A DNA stretch of 64,000 nt from Laetmonice hystrix (taxonomy: Eukaryota). The notes beneath the pieces are model-generated. The model did not search any database and was not told the origin of the DNA. It saw only the letters and a list, made by a program, of their open reading frames with translations. The stretch is taken from assembly GCA_965235115.1 (NCBI GenBank), contig OZ249452.1, positions 12,648,001 through 12,712,000 of the forward strand, in the 5' to 3' direction. Both the position numbers and the translations under genes were made by a program. Each line of letters starts with the position of its first letter. The first letter of the stretch is position 1. This document shows positions 39,201 through 51,200 of this stretch, one piece after another.

Positions 39201-42200
39201 TAGAATCGTATCATGTGGAATTTTTATTCATAATATTATGTAGGCTTCAAACCTGTTTCTGACCCTCCTTTAATGCCCTTTTTTATCATCAGATTCCGAC
39301 AACTTCCCCAGCTTACGCACGCTCAAGTTCCAGTGTTCATCACTATTTGTCTTATGTTGAAGTCAGTGTTCAGCTCACATATTGGAAAGGACCTGGGGCT
39401 CGTTTTACTAAGACTGTACGAGCTCGTATATGGCCTTATAGCTCGTAAACGAGAAAAAACTCGTACATTTTGCTATGCTGAGCTACAGAAAATACGAGCT
39501 CGTAAAATACGAGTGTTTAGTGAAACGGTCCCCTGGCACGATTTAAAATGAGAAGGGAGCCTAAAGGTCAAATTGGTTATCGAGATCTACAAGGGGGTGA
39601 AGCCATTCAGAATACACCTATACGACTACATCATTACACGTTTGGATGGGGCAGGTTTTTGGGGGTCATCGGCAGGGGACCGGCTAGGCCCGAAGGTACC
39701 ATTAGTACACGCTTAAAGTATATATAAAAGTAGGCCTAACTGTTGGGTAATACTTCATGCAAGTGAGTAAAACACTTGATCTATCAACACTTAAGTTATT
39801 AGAACGTAACAAGAACACACACAACATGCACATAATGTTCTGAAGATCTTTATTGGTACCACCTTTAACTCCCAGTGAGTAGCAATAGCACCAATTTTTT
39901 CTCATCGGAATGATGCGCACGCATTCAACAGCAATTTTATTGTTTATGAATACGCGCAAGGAATCACAATATGCAGCAATTATATTGCTCCAATGAACCA
40001 TTGTATGGATTAGCTGATGATATCACAATTCGCATTTATCGGAATGCGGAGGAATTATATGGAATCTTATCTTTATTATTGTGAATGAAGCTAAATTACT
40101 ACTTTTAAAGAGAAGCCGGTGTCAAATGATGTGTCGTAGGCTATTGCAATATACACTAGACGTGATATGTAAGAAATATATATAATGTGATAACGTTAGA
40201 TTGGTCCAGTAGCAGGTGTCGAAATTCCGTCGTATTTTTTATTTTTCTTAAATATCCATAACCAGAAAGAGCAGGCTACACAAGGAAAAAAACCCGGAAA
40301 TTTGGGCGTGTAAGGCATTGTTTCGAGAACGCAACTAATGACGTCATCGTGCTATAGTGCATAGGGGGTGTTGTTGTAGATGGCATACTGATGGGAATAC
40401 GCGCTGTCGACTGTCACCTCACAAGACACTCTTTTCCCGTTGTTGACAAGAATACACGTATACAGTCCAGCGTCTGATAGCGATGCTTCCATGACAACCA
40501 AATTCCGTGTGTGACCGTCCGTTTCCATGGCAACCCGGTCGGTCTGCCTGACAGGGTAAGCATTGCGCAGCCATATCACCTCAGCTCTGGGGTCAGACAC
40601 GTGACATTCAATGTCCAGAAGGTCACCTTGAACTAGGTGAAGGTCATGCAATATGTTAGTGAAACATGCTTCTGAAATCAAACAGGAACGAAAAACAATC
40701 AACGCATGCAATTTTAATGACAACGAATTGTACGGTTAGGGTTGCTTAGCTTTCAAAATTTGATGTGCTATCCTAAAGGCTATACTTCAAGTAAGCACAT
40801 AGAATTTAGACAAATTATATTAGTGGGCTATCTGAGGTAGGTCCTCTACTATCAATAGGAACACGGGCTGTAAAATAGAGCAAGCATGCTTCTGTTATAG
40901 GTTGTATTAAAGTTAAAATCTAAACAAAACTCGGAACTCAACTATCCAGTACCACTCTTAACATAGCATGAGCGTACCGTCAACAATAAGTTTTCCAGTC
41001 GAAGTCAGATCGCCGGCGGTGAAGGTGTAGTCTGCTTGCTGGTTGACCTTCGTTTTCAGCACAGTCAGACTGTAAGTTGTGTCGTCACACTTGACCTCGT
41101 ATCCGTCCTCGGGTTTGACCTCTGCGCCGTCCTTGAGGAACTTGAAGGGCACGTTAGGTTTGTTGAGTTCGACCGTGAAGGTCACAGTCTCGTTTTCCAT
41201 GCACCGGATGTCCTTCATGGGCGTCTTGATCTCCAGTGGCATTTCTGGCGGAAGTACAAAACAACACGTTGATGACGTCATCGAGATGGACGATAATGGG
41301 TGATGTTACGGATGCACACCACCCGTAGTGGATGGAGAGCAGAGGAGACACATATACATATAGATCTGGAGCAAAAGTGTTTTGCACAGTAAAAAAGGTT
41401 CGGTGGACTTTTATACTTTCAAAAATGCTTTTAAAAAATCACTACCAAAGTCATTACTGCCTTAAATCACTTTCATTTCATTTTCTGGGATCTTTCAAGA
41501 AAAAGTTAAATAATTGTTTACTTTATGAAGATGAGGCCCACATTGAGACAAGGTACATAGACAACCCAGTATTCTAAGATAACCTTCCTATATAAGTTTG
41601 CAAAGTTCATTTAAAACATGCTTTTGGTGCAGATCTGAAGAAAATTAAACCTAACATAATAAAGGATGAAAATACGGGAGAATACTAAAAGCTATCCCAA
41701 TACAACATAAACCACGGTTCTAACTGTAATGGAAGTCCTAATAAAATCAAAATAGTAAATAAATATGACGGAAAGGAAGAGAAAGAATGTTCTACAATAA
41801 TTTTTAAAAACCGATCATAATCACTCGAAATTATGGAACACAAGAAAAAATCCAGCCTTTGTAATCTTGGACCGGGTCCTATGATAAATCCTGTGCAAAA
41901 TGGGGAATAATAAACAAAAGTAAATAAAGTAAAAATTAAACAATATTTAAAATGAAGGTAGGTGCTGACTCCATCGCGCAAAATAATGTTCATACCCTGC
42001 CAAGTGACCGACATCTATCTTGAAAGACCCCTTCCAATATCCAAGAAGGAATCTCAAGATAGCCAAAACAAAAATTGGAATAACCACATGCCAATACTGT
42101 TTCCAAACAAAATTACCCTTGACCGTAAGGGTTCCTTTGGTGGTTTCCTTGCCAACCTTCGCAGAATACTCAGCCGCCTGAGGCAGCGTCGCACCAGATA

Positions 42201-45200
42201 TCACCAACTTATGAACAGTGCCTTCTTTGACAATTTTTAGTTTTTTGCCAGTGCCCTTCAGCAGTTTTCCATTCTTGTACCATTTGACCTCGGCTTGAGG
42301 GTTATTAACCTCGCATACAAGTGTGACGTCATCATCAACAAAAACAGTCTCGTCGGAGAGGGGCTTTGTAAACTTTGGCGCGCTCTCTGAAAATTGTAAA
42401 TCCGGGGAAAAAGGGGGTCAACACCGATAGTTATCAGGAGAAAAAAATGGCAGAAACATTCCAAAAACACAAAAGGTTCCAACATGTCTAAGACGACCCT
42501 CCTATATGAAGGTGCATTCAACAATAATTGTTGAAGAAGCATCTTGATAGATGATTGCAGGCGCTTGAGGAACGATTTCCAGACCAGCTCATCAAAATTA
42601 CAAGCTCAAAATGCATGTTTGGGGGACCAGTTAAATAACTTTGGGGTCTGCAATATACCACATCCTAACAGTTCCTAACATACCAAATTCTGACTGTTTT
42701 CCCTTTCAGTTGGAGTTCCACAGATATTGACACGTACCGTCGACAGTGAGTGTAGCTGAGGTGGTTTGGTCGCCGATCTTGGCCGTGAACTGACCGGCCT
42801 CGTCCAGCGGGACGTCCCGAATGGTCAGCCGGTGGATACATCCGTCCACGGTCACCTCATGCCGATCGTCTGGCTTCACCTCCGTCCCGTCCGCCCGGTA
42901 GAAAGTGACCACCTTATCCGGCTTGGACACCTCGCACTCGAAGGTGACCGTCTCTTTCTCCTGGCAGCGCTGGTCTGTGAGCGGTTTGGTGAACACTGTG
43001 GGTAGTTCTGTGGGAAACAGGACAAAACAACCATCAGCAACAAATTCCATCTTCAACAACGAAACTGGGTAAATCTCATATTAACATCTCCATGAGATCT
43101 GGTGGTAAGGACTCAAATCTATCACTAATCCTAACCCTAATCTTAATCCTAACTCCTGGCCCCGGTTTCAGAAAGGCTCTTAGCAGGGCTACGGTGGCCC
43201 AGAGGACACAGACACTTTAACTTTCTACAAAGCAAATACAAGGAGGACTCCCTAAGATTCATTTCGTGACTTTTTTCCTGAAATAATCCTAACAAATTAC
43301 AATGTAGTATCATACTTTGTAAAGCAACTAAAAGAAGTGCATGAACTAAAATAATCGCTTTTCCCACCGAAGATTGGCTTATTCAGGAATGATTTTTCAA
43401 AGCAGAATTCTGGTGTTAACATTCGATCAAAGTGAAACATGCCGGTTTTATCTTATCTCACGAAATCGCTTCTTATTTTCTAATACACAGAAGAACACAG
43501 TAACAAGAAGAGGGCTGAGAAGATTGCCTACCTTCGACTGTGAGGGGAGCCTCACTCATGACAAGACCTACGGTGACTTTGTACAGGCCCTCGTCAGTGA
43601 GAACTGCCGACTTGATGTGGACTTTGTGCACACATCCCTCGATGAGGACATCGATTCGGTCGTCTGGGGAAACGTCGTGACCGTCTTTAAACCACTTCAA
43701 GGTCACGTTGGGCTTGTTGACCTCGACCTCCAAGGTCACGGAGTCTTTCTCCATAACGGTCTTGGGTTCCAGTGGAATGATGAATTCAATTGGGATTTCT
43801 GCAAATCAAAGAGTACAATATGAAGTTAAGAAACTGACAGACCTGTCGCTAATTGTTAAATTCATCAGTGTTGCTTGGCTTGCTTTGAGATGTTCTGGCA
43901 CTTGGGGGACAACAAACTGATTTACAAACTTTTCCACAAAAATAAAAGTCATTACAAAAGTCAATATTTCTTTATCGCAACACTTCAAGAAACTTGGTGG
44001 TCTGGTTCTTGAGACGTACCCTCGACGTGGAGCCTGGCGGTTGACGACTGGTCACCAATCTTGACGGTGTACTCAGCGTCGTCATCAAGCTGAGCGTCGT
44101 GAATGACCATCCTGTGGTCGCAGCCGTCCACCGAGATCTTGATTCGGGCATCCACTGCGGGAATCTCCTGACCATCCTTGAACCAGATCAACTCGCGGCC
44201 CGGCTTGGAGACGGAACACTGCATGGTTACTTCGTCTCGTTCCATGACCGTCATGTCCTTGAGAGGCACCAGGATGGTGACTGGTTCTTCTGTCAACGAA
44301 TCACGTCAAATTGGCATTAGGGAATGTAACTATGAAACCCTCTGAAACCAGGATTTTCACTGGTTCTTCTGTCAACGAATCCGTCAAACTGGCATTAGGA
44401 AAAGTTACTAAGGAACTCTCTGAAACCACGATGGTCACTGGTTATTCTGTCAATCACGTCACATGCACGTCGCGTTACTAAGAAACCACTTGGATACGCA
44501 GCTGCTTTTGTAGTGATCGGTTCCCACCGGAAGAAGAAACGCGCCTTAAACAATATTTGACGTCACAACTATGTACGAGACGAGTGAAAAGTACGTCTAA
44601 TAAAGAAGAAGACTAAGCTTTTAGATATCGTAAATTGGCATTATATAAAACGTTATATCTTGTAGAACTCCTTCTCACCGGAGGAAAAAAACACAAAAGC
44701 TTTTCTGAAAAGAAACCAAACGTAGGACAAATCTACGACCAAACAAACAAAAAACAAATGAGATCAGACATATGCAAGGTTAGGTAAAGAAAAAGCTATA
44801 ATCTACGCTACCCATCATGACATAACTCTGTCATAACCAATTTTCTCGTGTCATATTAATTAAAACAAATAAAAAGAGGACAAAAACCATAGTATTACAC
44901 CCCCACCCACCCACATACTACACTCAAGTACAGGAAGGGTAAAACTATTATAGGATCGGTGGTCAGTGAGTAACACACAATAGAAAAAAATCATATTTTC
45001 GTGATCATCTCCCATCTTTCAGGCAATTATAGAATCATTTCAGGATCATCCATGCACCCCACAGAAGTATGTAGAAATAATACAGAATGCAGGCTGAAGA
45101 AAGTGTATTGTGAAAACAAAAATAAGGAATGATGAACAGAGTATACGAAATTAAGAGGTACACATAATCGCATCAGCGCCATATTCAATATCAGGTGCAC

Positions 45201-48200
45201 ATATTCCTAGGTCTACTTTTGATGCACAGCTTGAAATATATAAGTGTCACTAGGGTCTTTATCTCAAACGTGCGATGTATACAATAAAGAACGCCGTGAC
45301 AATAAATTTGTTGACCCTGGAGATACTTATTATCTCGCGGTGATCGTGACATGATGCATGTATCCCATAATGCATCATACCCTCGACAGTGAGCGTCCCT
45401 TTCGTGGTCTCCTTGCCGACGGTGGCAGAATACTCGGCTGCCTGAGCTTTGGTGGCGCCAGAGATCACCAGCTTATGTTTAGTGCCATCTTTGATGATCT
45501 TGAGTTTCTTTCCTGTTCCCTTCAGGAGCTTTCCGTTTTTGTACCATTTGACCTCAGCCTTCGGATTAGTGACCTCTAACTCAAGTGTGACGTCACCGTC
45601 CTCTATGACGGTTTTGTCACATAATGGTACTTTAAACGCTGTTGGGGCCTCTGTAAACAACGCAATGCAACGCTCGATTTCAGGTGATTTTCTAAAGGCT
45701 TTAGGGTAAACAGAAAACAGCCAGCAGGTTCAATGAATAGCACAAAGCGTCAATATGGAGTTTGTAGGTTTACTTTAGGAACTATAACTGAAAAAGAACA
45801 GAACACTGTGCCCCAACCAGGAGCCATGAGAGAACGTTACTAAGCAACAACCAATACCAACCTTCAACATAAAGTTTGGCGCTGGTCTCGGCGTCATCGA
45901 TCTTGGCTGTGAAGGTCGCCTGGTCGGCCAAGGTCGCGTCCTGGATGATGAGGCGGTGTTTAGTGCCCTCCACGACGACCTTGAACTTGTCGCTAGGGAC
46001 AATCTCCTTGCCATTCTGGAACCACTTCACCTTGCGGTCAGGTTTCGAGAGCTCACACTCAAACGTAACGGTCTTGTGTTCTGGTGTCGTCTGCTCCTTC
46101 AACGGCTTCGTAAACTTTACAGCCGCTTCTGTAAATGACAAAAGGACACGTCACACATGCGCGTTGCTAAGGTGTACCTAGCAACCTACTACTGAGATCA
46201 ACCACTGAACGTAATCTTAAACCTATATAAACTATATTAAGGAACAAAATTGGCTACAGAACGGAGTAGACTAGACGTTGTCTGGGGAATGTAGAAGGTA
46301 CATAACGTAACAGAGCGGAACCATATGCAAACAGACATAAGTAATATAACTGTAAAAAGCGTGTGAAACAGAAAGTAATAATATGATAGTGATACAAGGA
46401 ACATGAACGCAAATGATCATAAATGACATTCAAAAATTGTAACTGTAAAGTAAGACTAAAGGTGAGAATCGTGAAAAGGGAACCATGTATGCTACTGAGG
46501 AGACTGGAAGAGAAAAAGAACTTGTGGTTAGCGTTTTCAAACATTGAAACCTACCTGAAAATGCATTCCAAACATAAAGGTACTTCATAGAGTCATGCGT
46601 TGGGAACAAATAAAAGGTTCCACCTACCTTCATATCCGGGATTTATTACATGATTTGTACGTATTTACTATCGTAGTATTTTTTAAGAAGTTAACTCCTA
46701 ACGATTACCAGTTATGACCGGAGTAAAAATAGCATGAATGTTAACGTCTTTTCCGACAATTAACGTCGCAAAAAACGACAGCATTCGGTGGGACTCGTCC
46801 TTCATTTTTGACCTACCTTCGACCCACAAGGTCGCTGCAGTGACTTCTTCGCCAACCTGAACAGAGTACTCAGACTCATCCTCCAATGTGGCACCTTTGA
46901 TCACCAATTTGTGAACCGGACCGTCAGACACTAACTCATGCCATTCGTCAGGCACGACCTCAAGGCCCTCTTTATACCAGGTGACCTTTTCCCCTGGCCT
47001 GGACACCTCACACTGGAGTGTGACGTCATCGTTTTCAAAGACGGTCATTTCTTCCAGGGGGGAGGTGAAAACGACGGGCGGGCCTGGAATACATGTGGTT
47101 ACCTCCCGTCAGGAATATCAGGTTATTAAACACCCTCTAAACTGGGACCGAGGAGTAATTGAAAGTGGCGGCCAATGCAAAATGAACAAGGTCAACCCAA
47201 GGTCAACGGACCAAACTCATGCAGGTCTTCCTTCTGAATTGAATACAGCAGGTGTGTCACAGTGAGGAATGTAGATAACCAAGTAGGCTACGAAGTCGGC
47301 CTAAGAGAACATAACCATAGTTTAAACACCAGAAATGGTACTACCACTCTGTGCAGTCAAACAATCCTTCAAAGACTGACCGAAAAACCAAATCGCTATG
47401 GAAACAGAACAAAATATACTGAGCAAAATTGAGAACTTGGGGGAACAGAGGAATAACCGACTCCAGCGTGCATAAGAAACGAGAAATAGTACTTAAAGGA
47501 AAGCTATGAGACTACGCCTAAGAAATATTTGACGAAAAAATACATAATAAAAATCAATACCACGTATAATACGCAAAAAATGGCGGCTGGACTAAAGACA
47601 ACCAGAGAAAAGTGTTTGGTGATAGCCAAAGGTAAGGTGAAGGAGTGCCGAACTCAACAAACCGAACGTGGAAATGCCTAACTACGGTACATCATCAGAG
47701 TACATTGGCTGAGTTATTAAATTAACGTAAACAACTGTCTACGCCATTTCTAAATGTACTACAACATGGATACTGTAATATGACGTAACATGTGCCATAG
47801 TTCCTTGCCTTTCATGTGTTGGCGAAGCCATTACTTATCAGGCAAGTACTAAGCAACATTACGTATTACACATCAAAGGACCTATAACTCTACAGTATAG
47901 TAATTAGTGGTCTGCAATCATGCCTAGGTTAACTGCATGTTTTCCAGTGCTCCTTTCTTGATGTATATTTGTAATGACCAGATGGAGCTGATAATAGTTT
48001 CCCTTCAACTGATGGCCTCAACCTACCTTCCTTTCCCAACATATGGGAACGTTTCACCCCAGAACGTTCGTCATCCGAGCTGGCAATCTCTAATGGACTA
48101 TCGCTTCCATCTTCTGGTGAATCATCTCGGGCAAAGACATCCCCGGCTTTCTCTGGTTTATCTCTGAATGTTTTCATTGCCTCTGGCTTATCCTTGGGCG

Positions 48201-51200
48201 GTTTCACTGCCTCTGGCTTATCTTTGGACGGTTTCACTGCCTTTGGCTTGTCTTGGGACGGTTTCATTGCCTCTGGCTTGTCTTTGGATGGTTCCATTGC
48301 CTCTGGCCTGTCTTTGGACGGTTCCACTGCCTCTGGTTTGTCTTTGGACGGTTCCACTGTCTCTGGTTTGTCTTTGGACGGTTCCATTGCCTCTGGTTTG
48401 TCTTTGGACGGTTCCATTGCCTCTGGCTTGTCTTTGAATGGTTCCATTGCCTCTGGCTTATCCTTTGATGGTTCCATTGCCTCTGGTTTGTCTTTGGACG
48501 GTTCCACTGTCTCTGGTTTGTCTTTGGACGGTTCCACTGTCTCTGGCTTGTCTTTGGACGGTTTCATTGCCTCTGGCTTGTCTTTGGACGGTTTCATTGC
48601 CTCTGGCTTGTCTTTGGACGGTTCCATTGCCTCTGGCTTGTCGTTGGATGGTTCCATTGCCTCTGGCTTGTCTTTGGACAGTTCCATTGCCTCTGGCTTG
48701 TCCTTGGACGGTTCCACTGCCTCTGGCTTGTCTTTGGACGGTTTCATTGCCTCTGGCTTGTCTTTGGACGGTTTCATTGCCTCTGGCTTGTCTTTGGACG
48801 GTTTCGCCGCCTCTGGCTTGTCTTTGGATGGTTTCATTGCCTCTGGCTTGTCTTTGGACAGTTTCATTGCCTCTGGTTTATCTTTGGATGGTTTCATTGT
48901 CTCTGGCTTGTCCTTGGACGGTTCCACTGCCTCTGGTTTATCTTTGGACGGTATTACAGACTCTGATTTGTCTTTCGATTGATCTTTTTTCTTTCCAAAT
49001 TTCTTAAATTGACCCTCATCTTTTAGCCCACTTTCCGGGGTAGATGGCCCATATTCCTCTTCCTTCCCTCGCAGTGAAGTTCCTGGTTTTTCATCAAGTT
49101 CACGTTGTCTCTCCATCTCCGAAGCTCCTGTTGGGGAGCCATCTTTCTGTGCGTGATCTCTGAACAGGGCGTCTTTCTCTGGTGTTTCTGGAGTTTGGTC
49201 CTCCTTCGGTGAACGCGCGTCCAGTGACGTGTCTGCTTTAAGCTCCTCCACAGTTGAACGATCTTTTTCTGCCTTATCTTTTGGCAAAGCTCGATCCAGC
49301 GGCTTATCTTTAGATGGACTATCCTGCTTGGATATATCTTTCGATAGAGCATCTTTCTTGGGAATATCTTTAGATGGGCCTTTCTTTGGCACATCTTTTG
49401 AGGAAGCATCTTTCTCAAGCACATCCTCAGATAGACCATCACGTTCTGGCTCTTTTCTAGGTGGCGAGCCTTTATCGAAACATTCCTTGGACTTATCTTC
49501 TTCCTTTGTGTCCTCTTCTGTAGTAGCATCTGGCTTCTGTCCACCCTTCTTAGGTAGGGTTTTGGATTGGCCTTCTTTTTGGCTTACCTCTTTAGATGGA
49601 CTGCCTTTCTTTGGTTCATGAACGGAATCCCCTGTGCTTGAATCTGACTCATCTTCACATGGAGCGCCTTTCTCTGGCTCGTCCCTGGTCGGGCTGACTG
49701 TTTTTGGTCTATCTTCGGACTGGATGCCCATTTCCGGCTTCTCTTTAGATCGATCATCTGCCTTTGGTTTATCTTCAGGTGGAGTGTCTGTGGACTCGTC
49801 TCCTGACAGATTATCTATAATTGGCACATGTTTGGTCGGAGCCTCTGGCTTCTGTTTATCTTTTGACTTGTCTTTGAATGAAGGGGCTGTCTTGTCGTCA
49901 TCCATCGGCACGGTGCCTGTCTTTTGTTTATCTTTAGATGGAATATCTATCTTTGGTTCATTCTCTGACAATGTATCTGTCCTTGGTTTATCTTTAGATG
50001 GAGTCACACTCTTTGTCTTATCTCTTGTATCTGTTTTGGGCTTGTCTTTTGACGAAGGGACTGTTTCCTGGACATCTTTAGGCACGGTATGTACCTTTTG
50101 TTTATCTTTGGATAGAGTATCCGTTTCTGGTTCGTCCTTGGATGGAGTGACTACCTTGGATTGGATGCCCCTCTTTAGTTTTTCCTCAGATGGACCGTCT
50201 GTCTCAGGCTTATCTTTAGATGGAGGACCCACCTTTGAACCATCTTTAGATGGAATGTCCATCTTTTGGTCATCTTCAGATTCAACGTCCTCTTGCGATT
50301 CAGCTTTAGATTTCGGTGGAGTGACTGTGTCTGGCTTATCTTTGCCTGGAATTGCTTTACCTTTATCTTTTGCTGGTATTGTTGTCTTATCTTTAGATGG
50401 AGTACCCATCTTTTGTTCATCTCGAGATGGAGTGTCTCTTACAGATGCATCTTGAGGCGCAACATCTATCAGTTCGCTCGGAGTCACCGTGTCTGGCTTA
50501 TCTTTGACTGAAACTGTTTTCTTATCCTTATCTTTTGATGCACTATCTTTTGTTTTCTTATCTCTGGGTGGTGTGAATGTCGTTGGCTTATCATTAGATG
50601 GACTGTCCATCATTTGTTCATCTTCAGATGAAATGTCTGTTTGGGATTCATCTTCGGGAGCCTCTCCCGATTTGGCAGGAGTCAGTGTATCTGCTTTAGC
50701 TTTACCCGGAATATCTTTATCTCTATCTTTTGCCGCAGTGTCTGTTCTTTTAATGCTTGGAGTAACTGTCTTATCTTTGGGTGGAATGTCTTCCACTCCT
50801 GTTTCTCTCAATGGACTTTCTTTGTCTCTGACACCTTTCAGTCGACCTTTGTCTGACTGGCTTTTAGAAAGGATTTCCTTTCCTTCAAGTTCTGGAGCTC
50901 TATCCTCCTGTGAATCATCAACACCTGTCTGGTGCAGCTGTGTACCGTTACCAACTGATGCTCCTACATGGACGATAAACCAAATCACCAAACAAGGTTA
51001 GCTACGTTAGCTATATCCACTGGTTAAGCTACAAGAAAATAGCTATGACCAACAAACTACCAAAACGGGAACCTGTGTTAGCAGAGTCGTTAACATCAGG
51101 CGTGTCAGACTAGCACCATTAGTGAGGCACAATATTATCCGACCATTGGCCTGGATTCTATGTATTCCGTATCTGTACATTATAACAACGAACAAGTACA

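Noticed and set aside
43127-43153. ctaatcctaaccctaatcttaatcctaac as an interstitial telomere
   Set aside because: Only one exact CCCTAA; too short and degenerate.
39273-47265. Intronic ORFs such as 39273-39551, 39702-40001, 41685-42014, 43374-43823 and 46254-46544
   Set aside because: Short, composition-driven, no recognisable motifs and several rely on non-ATG starts.
48149-48952. 30-bp repeat or 39-bp minisatellite as a CRISPR array
   Set aside because: The units are head-to-tail with no unique spacers, there are no cas genes, and the context is a spliced eukaryotic gene.
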